Shown here: positions 35,385 to 49,209 of the stretch, in pieces
Layout: every line of letters starts with the position of its first letter
How positions within the stretch are numbered: position 1 is the stretch's first letter
Assembly (NCBI RefSeq): GCF_044704955.1
Contig: NC_091989.1
Span: 80,724,001 to 80,788,000 of the forward strand
Source of the DNA: Pristiophorus japonicus
Lineage: Eukaryota
Direction: 5' to 3'
DNA: 64,000 nucleotides
Translations under genes and position numbers: made by a program
The notes under the pieces: model-generated
What the model saw: only the letters and a program-made list of their open reading frames with translations
Told to the model about the DNA's origin: nothing
The model's database searches: none

Positions 35385-35710
35385 TGAATCCCTTCAAGCA
35401 AAAGCTGGATTTGTTCCTGGCTGAGGCGAAGATCACCTCTTGCAGAAGGTAGGTGCTGCAGGGAATTTAATGGCCAGAGTGATCTCCTCGACTAGCTTCG
35501 ATCGTCTAGATGGGCCGGAGAAGAATTTCCCAGATTTTTTTTCCTAAATTGGCCTGGGCTTTTATCTGTTTTTTAGCCTCGCCCAGGAGATCACATGGTT
35601 TGGGGTGGGGTGGAGTGTCTATGTTGTGATACACGGGGTATCGCAATTGTGTGGGACAGGCTCGATGGACAAGAGAGTCTTTACCTGTCCGCCATTGTTC
35701 GTATGTTCGT
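35385..35710 (+). mobile_element. CR1-type 3' end, distinct subfamily
   Basis: FKQKLDLFL ORF2 end, long 3' UTR and (TGTTCGTA)n tail; homologous to 58250-58510. Confidence 0.55.
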
Positions 35711-36602
35711 TTTAAAGTTGAGGCGATCTCTTTCGATTCCTGTGCCGTGTGTTAAACACATTGCGATTGGAGGGGGAGGGGGTCATGTTGGCGGATTATA
35801 GAACAGAGAGTAGTCACGACTTCCCCAGTCACTCTGTGTGTCAACAGATCCTGTGGAACTGAGTCAATCAAAGCTCATTGGAGATATAGTCCAGCAGGGG
35901 TTCCCAGCGCCAACAGGTACATGGACTACATGTGTTGTGGTTACGTAAAACCCTGCGATCTCCTGCAGTCAGTGTGCGCAGCATTTTAATTTTAGTGAAG
36001 ATAAAGTGGTCCTGCAGTTTTCGGGGAGTGGTGTTGCTGGGAATAATTAACTGAGAATCTCAAGTTATTAACATCTCTTTACAAAGTTTAAGATTGATTT
36101 TAACAAAATATGGTGAGATCACAGTTGTTTTTTGGCCTTTATATAATTTATTGTTTCAGGAACAACGTTAGAAAAGAAGCCATCACAATAATTTACTCAA
36201 GGTTTATATATTCAGCCGAGTTGCATTTTGCAGGTGGCATGCAGTCATAAATAGGGAATATTAAACTCACCGGGTTTCAAATAAAAACAAATCAATTTGC
36301 AGTTTTGCAATTCAGCATAAATACATGAACAAATGTAGGTAGCGAACCAGGAACCTGGAAACTTTGATTAACCTCACAGGTGCAGCCAACAAAAGCACCA
36401 TCTTGTATAACACAGCTTTGCTCAGCAAGGGCTCAATGCCAGGTGAAGAGCTGCAGTCACTGAGAGACCAGCACAGGCACAGCATCCAGCTCACGGTCTG
36501 TCCCTGCCAATTGTTGCAAACATCAGGGCCTGCAATGTCCTCCTTGGACACAACCCGCAAGTTGGGCCCGAAAATTGCTCTCAATTTCACACCCATATGT
36601 TG

Positions 36603-37180
36603 CGCAGATATCTCAGGGGGTTGTGGGACTGGAGGAGGTTACAGAGATAGGGAGGGGCGAGGGCATGGAGGGATTTGAAAATAAGGATGAGAATTTTGAA
36701 ATTGAGGCATTGCCAAACCGGGAGCCAATGTAGGTCAGCGAGTACAGGGGTGATGGGTGAGTGGGACTTGTTGTGAGTTAGGACATGGGCAACCCGAGTT
36801 TTGGATGACCTCAAGTTTACGTTGGGTAGAAAATGGGAGGCCAGCCAAGAGTATGTTGGAATAGTCAAGTCTAGAGGTAGCAAAGGCATGGATGAGGGTT
36901 TCAGCAGCAAATGAGCTGAGGCAGGGGCGGAGACAGGCGATGGTACGGAGGTGGAAATAGGTGGTCTTGGTGATGGAGTGGATATGTGCTCAGAAGCTTA
37001 CCTCGGGGTCAAGTATGACATCAAGGTTGCGAACAGTCTGGTTCAGCCTTGGACAGTTGCCAGGGAAAGGGATGGAGTCAGTGGTTAGGGAACAGAGTTT
37101 GTGGCGGGGACCAATGGCGGGTAGCAATGGCTCCGGTCTTCCCAATATCTAGATGGAGCAAATTTCTGCTCATCCAGTAC
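36603..37180 (-). mobile_element. L2 fragment
   Basis: SPITPVLADLHWLPVWQCLNFKIL. Confidence 0.8.
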
Positions 37181-37199
37181 ATTGGACGGATGTAAAAGA

Positions 37200-38750
37200 T
37201 TTGTCGACTGCTGATCTGTCGATGTGTTTGCTCACTTTGCTGCCCAGTTAATTTGGACCAGATCCCTTTCTATCTTGCTGAACATTATCTTTTTGTAGTC
37301 TAGCACCCTTATCTACAGCTCTTCATCATTCTTTTCTATTCTGTTTTCCAACTGTTCTCCTACTCTCACATCAATTATTTACCCCATTTCATTTCCCAGA
37401 ACTAATTCAAACAATATTCCTTTCTCTATTGATTGGAACCTCACTGATCTAGGAGGCAGTCCTGGGTACATTCTGAGGTCTTGTCCTCTTTGACCAAGTG
37501 CATTACTTATATTCCACTCGATCCTGGAATATCGTAAATCATCCAATATTAAGATTGCTCTGTTGTTTTGTGTATTTCTCTGCACTGTCCACAATTCTCC
37601 ATCTCCTTCTCATCCACCCTTTGGTGGCCTGTAATGCACATCAACAAGTTCCCCATTCCCTTTCCTGTTTCTTACCTTCTCCATCTTAACATAACGTCCA
37701 GGACATCCTTGTATTCTAGCACTGTGAAGCAATCATTTACTAACACTGCTATCCCACACACACACTCGCTCCTGAAAATGCTATAACAAGTAGTCTAAGC
37801 CATATTTGTCAATAGTTTTTAAAGGTTATAACTGCCTAGTATTATTTTGAATACTTTATGCAGCAACAGCACTTGCATCCATACTTCTCAATTCTGACTC
37901 TATTTTCTGTAACGTTCGCCTCTATTCTATTTCTTGTTTTTAATGTTTAATTGTTTTGCTATCGCTTGCCCCCTAACAGTTTTTATCCCTCACTGCCTCA
38001 TCGCCCTTTCTCCTCTGATAATATTTTCTCACTATTTATTTCAGATAAGCCTTCTGTTTCTAGTCCAACAGATTTATTAGTCCTACCCTGACAAAGAGTT
38101 ACATCGAATTTACAACACAAAAGCGGGCTATTTGGCCCAAGTGGTCTAGACTGGAGTTTATGCTCCACACGAGCCTCCTCCCACCCTGCATCCTCTAACC
38201 CTACTCTCTCAAGGTTCAAACTTAGACTTTGTCCTTTCCTTTCCCTTTAGTTTAAACCCTCCCCACTGCTCTGTCTGCCTTCTCTGCAAGGACACTGGTG
38301 TCATTCTGGTTCCGGTGGAGCCTGCCCCTTTTGATCAGCCTTTCCCCTGTTCCAGAAATCACTCGAACAGCCCAAGAACGTGAGCCCACCCATTGTGCAC
38401 CAGCCCTGCAGCCATACATTGACAATCCTAATCATCCTCTCTCTAACCTGTTCGGTGTGCAGCACGGGAAGCAACCTGGAGATTATCAACCTGGAGAATT
38501 GGTTCCATTCTACTGCCTGACTCCATTAAACCCCCTCTGCAAGACCTCAAATGTATTTCTATCCACGGTCGTTGCTTCCAACACGACCGCTCACCCCCCC
38601 GTTCCAGATGTTGTTCCCATGTTGTCCTTCATTCTGGCATCAGGAAGACAACGCACCCTTCGGGTCTCCAGGTCATGACGGCAAAGAATGGTGTCCGTAC
38701 CCTGATTATAGAATCCCCCACCACCATGCTCTATTCCTGCAGTCTGCAAG
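37200..38750 (-). mobile_element. Old CR1 5' region remnant (ORF1 esterase-like C-terminus and ORF2 start)
   Basis: IISRLLPV...VNVWLQGWC...GLTFL resembles the CR1 ORF1 SGNH domain; downstream GILFELVLGNE resembles endonuclease. Heavily decayed. Confidence 0.55.
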
Positions 38751-39040
38751 CAAATATCACGGAATATAGGAACCTAAAAATGTATTTCCCAGGATCGAGC
38801 TAGTGTTAATTTTTACTAATTGAATACACATTCACGTTGAGCAAATATCTGCAATAAAATACTCTGGTGTGTCGAATTACCCGCAGCAGCTGTAATTTGC
38901 TTCCTCGACCCTTGTACTTCCCTGGTCTAAATGCCAGGTCCTGTCAGCTGATGGGTTATGTTTGAAGAGTGCCCTTGTATTGGCTGCAGCTCCTTGCCTT
39001 TGAGATAAGGTAGGCGGCTGCAGCGTTTAAACCCATTCAC

Positions 39041-39223
39041 CTTAATCGCACGAGCTTTCTGTGCAGCACTGTCTGCTATCGCCTCATCCGCTTCCACCAC
39101 CCGCTTCACAACTTCCACCTCCAGCGTCTCGTCGGCGATGATGTTCAGCAGCTCCTCCGTCTCCTGGTCTCGCTCCAGTAACAAAGGCTTCAGCCCAGTC
39201 AGTTCCTGCTGCATTACTGCAAT
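39041..39223 (-). CDS. Dynein heavy chain exon 4 of 11 (stalk CC1)
   Basis: 183 nt, IAVMQQELTGLKP...ADSAAQKARAIK. Acceptor aatcag, donor gtgaat. Confidence 0.93.
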
Positions 39224-40589
39224 CTGATTGAATACAGCAAAGGGAATATTCAGACACCTGGGCGGCAACACAATGCTGCTCTATTTATCTGCATCTTGAC
39301 CCCATGGACGGTAATCTAATCGAACAGCTAGCCATCCGTTATAGGACCTGCTAGACTTCCACTCAACGGGGCTGTGATGGTCCCTGGGAGACACCATAGT
39401 TTGGTTAACCGTTTCATTATATTGTTAGGTTAGGAATCAAACCCCTGTTAACTGTGGTTCTGGAGGGTTCACATTAAGTAATTTCTCTTTTTTGCTGCTT
39501 TATCGAATTGTTCTTGGATTGGATTATTGTATCGTTCCTGATGGTGTTCTACAAGAAATCTAGTTGTGTGCTTTATTTTGTATCCTTACAGCTCACCGTG
39601 CATAATAAAGGATTTGGAAACCGAAGCCATGAACTTTGACTGTATTTCTTTGTGTTGCGGTTGACACTAGCTGGTGGAATCAGAGTTATCGCTTGCCTCA
39701 AGCTGCACGCTCACAGAAGCCGGTACAAGGGCAGAAATCAGACGTGTTGTCCAATGGGCAGGCTTCTGTTCGCTCAGCTTACCGACTGTTCAGGTGCTGA
39801 AGATGGACACTCAATCCATTGTATTTTCGTTGTGGGTATAAGCCTGAGGCGGAACTTTCATTTACAACACCGAGGAAATCTAATATTGAAATAACAGAGG
39901 GCTGATACATCCTTCCGCTATGTGGAGCAGTCTGACCAAGGAACTTTAACACTCACTGTACTCCAACACTTTCGGTAATTATCACGACTCTACCTTCTCC
40001 ACTTAGTCTGTAACTGAGCAGCACTGAAGGACCACACGTTGTTTGAAATACCAATTAAGATATTTATTAGCCTGAGAACAAAAATAAATAAGCACATTCT
40101 TGTGCTCAAACATTAACCGCAAATCTGCCCATCTGGTATTTCTCCCAATTGCGATCGGAATAATGTCTGCTCCACAAACAATGAGCCCCGTCCCTTTAGT
40201 GAGCTTACGTTAGGGGAGTGTGTGTTCTGGTTGCTGCTGACATGACAGAGAAGGGGAAGGACAAGGAGGGCATGGAAGAGAAAGGTGATTGTTTCTTTAC
40301 AGAGGGAACACCCATGGGGAATGAATTCCTTGAGTTTGATAAGGTAGCTTGTGCGCTTTGGTGTTAACAAACCAAAGATACCCGCAACAATGCTCCTTTT
40401 AAGTTGTGTGGCTGTGCAGTTGTCTGCAGCACCCCGCAGGCTGCATGCCAGCATTACATCGGAAAAACTGCGCATGCGCAGGAATTTAAACCGGACACGC
40501 AGCCCATTATAGGGGCCGTGCACCCACAAAAATAAATGACAGGGAACCTTGGTCCACAGGTGTTCTCAATACCATCTGTCCCATACTCA

Positions 40590-41536
40590 TCCCGTAGCCA
40601 AGTTTGCTGACAATACAAAGATGGGAGGAAAAGCAATGTGTGAGGAGGACACAAAAAATCTGCAAAAGGACATCGACAGGCTAAGTAAGTGGGCAAAAAT
40701 TTGGCAGATGGAGTATAATGTTGGAAAATGTGAGGTCATGCACTTTGGCAGAAAAAAAATCAAAGAGCAAGTTATTATTTAAATGGAGAAAGATTGCAAA
40801 GTGCCGCAGTACAGCAGGACCTGGGGGTACTTGTGCATGAAACACAAAAGGTTAGTATGCAGATACAGCAAGTGATCAGGAAGGCCAATGGAATCTTGGC
40901 CTTGATTGCAAAGGGGATGGAGTATAAAAGCAGGGAAGTCTTGCTACAGTTATACAGGGTATTGGTGAGGCCACACCTGGAATACTGCGTGTAGTTTTGG
41001 TTTCCATATTTACGAAAGGATATACTTGCTCTGGAGGCAGTTCAGAGATGGTTCACTAGGTTGTTTCTGGAGATGAGGTGGTTGACTTATGAGGAAAGGT
41101 TGAGTAGTTTGGGCCTCTACTCAGTGGAATTCAGAAGAATGAGAGGTGATCTTATCGAAACGTATAAGATTATGAGGGAGCTTGACAAGGTGGATGCAGA
41201 GAGGATGTTTCCACGGATAGGGGAGACTAGAACTAGAGGGCATGATCTTAGAATAAGGGGCTGCCCATTTAAAACTGAGATGAGGAGAACTTTCTTGTCT
41301 CAGAGAAGTCGCTGTCTCAGAGAGCTGTGGAAGCTGGGACATTGAATAAATTTAAGACAGAAATAGACAGTTTCTTAAACGATAAGGGAATAAGGGGTTA
41401 TGGGGAACGGGCAGGGAAGTGGATCTGAGTCCATGATCGGATCAGCCATGATCGTATTAAATGGCGGAGTAGGCTCGAGGGGCCGTATGGCCTACTCCTG
41501 CTCCTATTTCTTATGTTCTTATGTTATGTTCTTATG
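40590..41536 (+). mobile_element. CR1 LINE 3' part
   Basis: VAKFADNTK through the ORF2 C-terminus; (TTCTTATG)n tail. Confidence 0.9.
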
Positions 41537-41982
41537 CTCGATGGGACGCTGAATTTCCGCAACGAACGACAGCGGCACTGCCCATTACAGCCGAGGTGAC
41601 TGCTGTGTGGGATGTCTGTGCCACAGGATCAGTTCAGGAACCAGGGAAGAATTTTGTGGAACTCTCGAATCGGCAGTGTCTAACTGTACAGAGACGGTCA
41701 ATTAATCTTTCAGCATTGCACCAAGGAAAAAGGAATTTGCATTTAGCCAGTGCCTTCCATGTCAGACTGCTGTATCAGAGAGCAGTGTCTGTGGAAGCCA
41801 GGAGCCTGCAAGAGGGTGAAATGGCTCCAGCAGTGATGGGAGAAATCCTGGCCATCTTGATACAGGAGCATTACAAAATGCATCACTGAGAAGCTTGCCT
41901 TCAAAATAACTTCAATGCAAAGTTCAAAAACAACAGCAGCAACTCTCCTCATAATTAAAAGACAAACTTATGTCTCACTGTC

Positions 41983-43680
41983 AACATAGAAACATAGAAA
42001 ATAGGTGCAGGAGTAGGCCATTTGGCCCTTCGAGCCTGCACCACCATTCGATAAGATCATGGCTGATCATTCCCTCAGTACCCCTTTCCTGCTTTCTCTC
42101 CATACCCCTTGATCCCTTTAGCCAATAGGGCCATATCTAACTCCCTCTTGAATATATCCAATGAACTGGCATCAACAACTCTCTGCGGCAGGGAATTCCA
42201 CAGGTTAACAACTCTCTGAGTGAAGAAGTTTCTCCTCATCTCAGTCCTAAATGGCTTACCCCTTATCCTTAGACTGTGTCCCCTGGTTCTGGACTTCCCC
42301 AACATCGGGAACAATCTATCCGCATCTAACCTGTCCTGTCCCGTCAGAATCCTGTATGTTTCTATGAGATCCCCTCTCATCCTTCTAAACCCCAATGTAT
42401 AAAGGCCCAGTTGATCCAGTCTCTCCTCATATGTCAGTCCAGCCATCCCGGGAATCAGTCTGGTGAACCTTCACTACACTCCCTCAATAGCAAGAATGTC
42501 CTTCCTCAGATTAGGAGACGAAAACTGAACACAATATTCCAGGTGAGGCCTCGCCAAGGCCCTGTACAACTGCAGTAAGACCTCCCTGCTCCTATACTCA
42601 AATCCCCTAGCTATGAAGGCCAACATACCATTTGCCTTCTTCACCGCCTGCTGTACCTGTATGCCAATTTTCAATGACTGATGAACCATGACACCCAGGT
42701 CTTGTTGCACCTCCCCTTTTCCTAATCTGCCACCATTCAGATAATATTCTGTCTTCACGTTTTTGCCCCCAAAGTGGATAACCTCACATTTATCCACATT
42801 ATACTGCATCTGCCATGCATTTGCCCACTCACCTAACCTGTCCAAGTCACCCTGCAGCCTCTTAGCGTCCCCCTCCAGCCTCTTAGCGTCCCCCTCACAG
42901 CTTACATCGCCACCCAGTTTAGTGTCATCTGCAAACTTGGAGATATTATACTCAATTCTTTCATCCAAATCATTGATGTATATTGTAAAGAGCTGGGGTC
43001 CCAGCACTGAGCCTTGCTCTACTCGTCACTGCCTGCCATTCTGAAAAGGACCCATTTATCCCGACGCTCTGCTTCCTGTCTGCCAACCAGTTCTCTATCC
43101 ACGTCAGTATATTACCCCCAATACCACGTGCTTTGATTTTGCACACCAATCTCTTGTGTGGGACCTTGTCAAAAGCCTTTTGAAAGTCCAAATACACCAC
43201 ATCCACTGGTTCTCCCTTGACCACTCTACTAGTTACATCTTCAAAAAAATTCCAGATGATTTGTCAAGCATCATTTCTCCTTCATCAGTCCATGCTGACT
43301 TGGACCGATCCTGTCACTGCTTTCCAAATGCGTTGCTATTTCATCCTTAATAATTGATTCCAACATTTTCCCCACCACTGATGTCAGGCTAACCGGTCTA
43401 TAATTACCCGCTTTCTCTCTCCCTTCCTTTTTAAAAAGTGGTGTTACATTAGCTACCCTCCAGTCCATAGGAATGATCCCGAGTCGATAGACTGTTGGAA
43501 AATGATCACCAATGCATCCACTATTTCTAGGGCCACTTCCTTACGTACTCTGGGATGCAGACGATCAGGCCACAGGGATTTATCGGCCTTCAATCCCATC
43601 AATTTCCCTCACACAATTTCCTGCTTAATAAGGATATCCTTCAGTTCCCTCTTCTCACTAGACCCTCAGTCCCCGAATAC
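41983..43680 (-). mobile_element. CR1 LINE, 5'-truncated
   Basis: RT motifs GNYRPVSLTS, YLDFQKAFD and FADDTK; internal 21-bp duplication (EGDAKRL x2). Confidence 0.9.
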
Positions 43681-43732
43681 TTCCGGAAAGTTAAAAGCTC
43701 TAACCAGTCACGTAGGCTGATATGTAATCAGC

Positions 43733-46700
43733 CAATGCAGGTACAGCAAGCAATTCGGGAGGCAAATGACATGTTGGCCTTGATTGTAAGGGAGTCGGAG
43801 TACAGGAGTAAGGAAGTCTTTCTGCAATTGTATACGGCTTTGGTGAGATCACACCTGGAGTACCGTGCACAATTTTAGTCTCATTACCTAAGGAAGGATA
43901 TACTTGCCCTCGAGGGCAAGTAACCTACATATCAATTCGTCAACTCAAATCGCATGGGGTAGCCTGGAGGAGGAATTCATAGAATGCATACGGAATTGTT
44001 TCTTAGAACAGTATGTTACAGAACCTACAAGGGAGCAAGCTATCTTCGATCTGGTCCTGTGTAATGAGACAGGAAAAATAAACGATCTCCGAGTGAAAGA
44101 TCCTCTCGGAATGAGTGATCACAGTATGGTTGAGTTTGTAATACAGATTGAGGGTGAGGAAGTTGTGTCAGAAACGAACGTACTATGCTTAAACAAAGGG
44201 GACTACAGTGGGATGAGGGCAGAGTTGGCTAAAGTAGACTGGAAACACAGACTAAACGGTGGCACAATTGAGGAACAGTGGAGGACTTTTAAGGAGCTCT
44301 TTCATAGTGCACAACAAATATATATTCCAGTGAAAAAGAAGGGTGGTAAGAGAAGGGATAACCAACCGTGGATAACCAAGGAAATAAAGGAGAGTATCAA
44401 ATCAAAGACCAATGCGTATAAGGTGGCCAAGGTTAGTGGGAAACTAGAAGATTGGGAAAATTTTAAACAACAGCAAAGAATGATGAAAACAGCAATAAAG
44501 AAAGGAAAGATAGATTACAAAGGTAAATTTGCGCAAAACTTAAAAACAGATAGTAAAAGCTTTTACAGATATATAAAACGAGTGACTAAAGTAAATGTTG
44601 GTCCCTTAGAAGATGAAAAGGGGGATTTAATAATGGGAAATGTGGAAATGGCTGAGACCTTAAACAATTATTTTGCTTCGGTCTTCACAGTGGAAGACAC
44701 AAAAACCATGCCAAAAATTGCTGGTCACAGGAATGTGGGAAGGGAGGACCTTGAGACAATCACTATTACTAGGGGGTTAGTGCTGGGCAGGCTAATGGGA
44801 CTCAAGGTAGACAAGTCCCCTGGTCCTGATGAAATGCATCCCAGGGTATTAAAAGAGATGGCGGAAGTTATAGCCGATGCATTCGTTATAATCTACCAAA
44901 ATTCTCTGGATTCTGGGGAGGTACCAGCGGATTGGAAAGCAGCTAATGTAATGCCTCTGTTTAAATAAGGGGGTAGACAAAAGGCAGGTAACTATAGGCC
45001 GGTTAGTTTAACATCTGTAGTGGGGAAAATGCTTGAAACATAGAAACATAGAAACATAGAAAATAGGTGCAGGAGTAGGCCATTCAGCCCTTCTCGCCTG
45101 CACCGCCATTCAATGAGTTCATGGCTGAACATGCAACTTCAGTACCCCCTTCCTGCTTTCTTGCCATACCCCTTGACCCCCGAGTAGTAAGGAATTCATC
45201 TAACTCCCTTTTGAATATATTTTGTGAATTGGCCTCAACTACTTTCTGTGGTAGAGAATTCCACAGGTTCACCACTCTCTGGGTGAAGAAGTTTCTCCTC
45301 ATCTCGGTCCTAAATGGCTTACCCCTTATCCTTAGACTGTGACCCCTGGTCCTGGACTTCCCTAACATTGGGAACATTCTTCCTGCATCTAACCTGTCTA
45401 AACCCGTCAGAATTTTAAACGTTTCTATAAGATCCCCTCTCATTCTTCTGAACTCCAGTGAATATAAGCCCAGTTGATCCAGTCTTTCTTGATAGGTCAG
45501 TCCCACCATCCCGGGAATGAAACTATCATTAAGGAAGAAATAGCGGGACATCTAGATAGGAATAGTGCAATCAAGCAGACGCGGCATGGATTCATGAAGG
45601 GGAAATCATGTTTAACTAATTTACTGGAATTTGAGGATATAACAAGCATGGTGGATAGAGGTGTACCGATGGATGTGGTGTATTTAGATTTCCAAAAGGC
45701 ATTCGATAAGATGCCACACAAAAGGTTACTGCAGAAGATAGAGCTACGCGGAGTCAGAGGAAATGTATTAGCATGGATAGAGAATTGGCTGGCGAACAGA
45801 AAGCAGAGAGTTGGGATAAATGGGTCCTTTTCGGGGTGGAAATCGGTGGTTAGTGGTGTGCCACAGGGATCGGTGCTGGGACCACAACTGTTTACAATAT
45901 ACATAGATGACCTGGAAGAGGGGACAGAGTGTAGTGTAACAAAATTTGCAGATGACACAAAGATTAGTGGGAAAGCGGGTTGCGTAGAGGACACAGAGAG
46001 GCTGCAAAAAGATTTGAATAGATTAAGCGAATGGGCTAAGGTTTGGCAGATGGAATACAATGTCGGAAAGTGTGAGGTCATCCATCTTGGGAAAAAAAAT
46101 AGTAAAAGGGAATATTATTTGAATGTGGAGAAATTACAACATGCTGTGGTGCAGAGGGACCTGGCGGTCCTTGTGCATGAAACCCAAAAAGTTAGTTTGC
46201 AGGTGCAGCAGGTAATCAGGAAGGCGAATAGAATGTTGGCCTTCATTGCGAGAGGGATGGAGTACAAAAGCAGGGAGGTCTGCTGCAACTGTATAAGGTA
46301 TTAGTAAGGCCACACCTGGAGTACTGCATGCAGTTTTGGTCACCTTACTTAAGGAAGGATATACTGGCTTTGAAGCGGGTACAGAGACGATTCACTAGAC
46401 TGATTCCGGAGATGAGGGGGTTACCTTATGATGATAGATTGAGTAGGCTGGGTCTTTACTCGTTGGAGTTCAGAAGGATGAAGGGTGATCTTATAGAAAC
46501 ATTTAAAATAATGAAAGAGATAGATAAGATAGAGGCGGAGAGACAAGATCTAGTCTCCACTGGTCGGGGAGACTAGAACTAGGGGGCACAGCCTCAAAAT
46601 TCGGGGGAGCCAATTTAAAACCGAGTTGAGAAGGAATTTCTTCTCCCAGAGGGTTGTGAATCTGTGGAATTCTCTGCCCAAGGAAGCAGTTGAGGCTAGC

Positions 46701-47396
46701 TCATTGAATGTATTCAAATCACAGATAGATAGATTTTTAACCAATAAGGGAATTAAGGGTTACGGGGAGTGGGCGGGTAAGTGGAGCTGAGTCCACGGCC
46801 AGATCAGCCATGATCTTATTGAATGGCGGAGCAGGCTCGAGGGGCTAGATGGCCTACTCCTGTTCCTAATTCTTATGTTCTTATCTTATGTTCTTATGAG
46901 GGGGTGCAACAAAGGTTCACTACATTGATTCCTGGGATGAGAGTGTTGTCCAATGAGGAGAGATTGAGTAGATTGGACCTGTACTCTGGAGTTTAGAAGA
47001 GTGAGCAGTGATCTCATTGAAACATGCAAGATTCTGAGGGGGATTGACAGGATAGATGCTGAGAGGCTGTTTCTCTTGGCTGGGGAGTCTAGAACTAAGG
47101 TGGCACAGTCTCAGGATAAGGGGACGGCCATTTAGGACTAAGAAGAGGAGAAATGTTTTCACTCAGAGGGTGGTTGATCTTTGGAATTCTCTACCCCAGA
47201 GGGCTGTGAATGCTCAGTTGATGAGTATATTGAAAACAGAGATGGATAGATCTTTGGGCACTAAGGGAAACAATGGATATGGGGATAGTGCAGGAAAGTG
47301 GAGTTGAGGCAGAAGATCAGCCATGATTTCATTGAATGGTGGAGCAGGCTCAAGGGGCCAAATGGCTGACTCTTGCTCCTAATTCTTATGTTCTTA
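43733..47396 (+). mobile_element. Three nested CR1 LINEs: outer (+) 43733-43916/46898-47396, middle (+) 43917-46897, inner (-) 45040-45517
   Basis: GAGGG duplicated at 43912 and 46898; TGAAAC duplicated at 45034 and 45518. Reading frames resume across both inserts. Confidence 0.88.
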
Positions 47397-48443
47397 ATTG
47401 GAACAATGGACTAAAGTGAAAAACAGCAAGCAAAAAATGGAATAGGAACTTGGCATTACTTTTCGTTGAAGCTTTTGGTGCATTTTTTCATATCTGCAGC
47501 AAACTTTAGAAAAGATTGATGAAGGGCTTGCAAGAAAAAACAGAAGAAAATGATTTGGCATAGAGGAAAGTCTGAATCCAATAGAGAAATGTTTTGGGTA
47601 ACCATGTGGTACCAGTGAACGCTTGCACCGTTATATTACAAGTTGTGAAGAGCGACAAAAGGCCCAGCAATTTGAAGAGTCTCCAGCTAGAACTGTCTCA
47701 TGTACAAAATGTGGACTTTAGGGAACTAGATGGTGCAGTGGGATAGTGCACGATTCCTTTTATCACTGGGACCAGTACACACACCCAGCCCAAACCCAAC
47801 CGACGGAGGTATGCTCTCTGCAAACTGTAAGGCCCCAACGTGGCACAAGATAGCCAGGCTCAACCAGGTCCCAGTGGACCTGTAGCACGAAACTCCTCAT
47901 AACTTAGCAACAGTGTCCAAAGGTGGTAATAGCAAAGTTCAGACCCGTGCAATAGGCAGCGCTTTCCCGAGTTTTCTTTCCGAGGTATTATTGGGGACAG
48001 ACTAAAGGAATCTTAACTCTTCATCTGTCCAATGCTACATCTAACCCTGTGATTTTTAATACTGGATGCCTCAAATTGAAAAGTTCCCACTGAAATCCCT
48101 CATTTGGGTAAAATATCTAAAATTTATGAAGTATAAAACATTGGAGCTTATTGATAGTGGTTGGTCTTTCAGATGTGCTGATTTCAGCAGTGTAGCTGGG
48201 TGTTGAGATCCCATGGCAGGATTGGAAGAGCAGGGAGTTTCCCGCAACCTCAACCCAAATAAAATAAACTGGCCGTTGATCTCAATGCCATTTGTGGGAT
48301 CTTGCTGTCATAAAATGGCTGCCATGTCTGCCTACATTTCACAGTCACTGCACCTCAGAGTATCTCCTCGCACAAAGTGCTTTAGGTGTTTCAACGTGAT
48401 CAGACCTTATGTAAATGCACGTTTATTAATATTCTTTCCCCAC

Positions 48444-48713
48444 TGTAATGTGTGTATCTGTGAGGATGCTCATAGGTTGGTGGAGCTGTTGAGTTGGGAG
48501 TGGCTTAGCCAGTCACATGATGTTTACAAGACTCAATAAAACCCCAGCCAGTTGGGTTCGGGGGATCCATGATGAGGTGGTTGTGAGCCTGGTGGATGAA
48601 CTGGTAATGTGTAGTGTGATTGTTAAACCTTTGCTAATAAACCAACTAGTTCTTAATAGCAATGTGCTGCTATGAATTCTTAAGCAAAGAACCCATCAAG
48701 CAAATACATTACA
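48444..48713 (+). mobile_element. Solo LTR, 270 bp, uninterrupted
   Basis: TGTAATG...CATTACA termini, AATAAA, 5-bp TSD CCCAC (48439-43, 48714-18). Confidence 0.9.
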
Positions 48714-49209
48714 CCCACTCAATTGTAGGAATGAATCTGAGTCATAAATACGTTCAGGAACACCAATTCACACATTTATATAATTTTAACATCCTGGGTA
48801 GTTTTGGACGATGTGATCACCATGCAGCCATCTCTGGGTAAGCAAGGGACCATCCTCCAATGTCACTGATTGTGGATATTCCCGCTGTGATCGCACTGCT
48901 CACTGGGGTTAATACATGGACTCATATCCCAAACATGGATACAGCTAAAGCATTTCACCGGGGCTGAGAAATCATGAGTGCAAATCAGTCAGATCCGCAC
49001 TGCTCCACGCCTAAATTGCACGCAGATATGCCTGAAATTTCTTCAGGCATTCTCCCGTTCAGTCCCCATACGAGATGTAAACGGGATTACCACAATTCTT
49101 CCGCCAAAGTCCCGGTGGCCGATCGGGAGAAACCACGAGGAAATTCCCAGCGATCATCGGATTAATGCGGGAATTATCCACAGGGGATAAAGGGGCCGCC
49201 TTTTCATGT

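Noticed and set aside
39290-39700. Possible further solo LTR
   Set aside because: AATAAA and a CA end are present, but I could not define a TG start or TSD.
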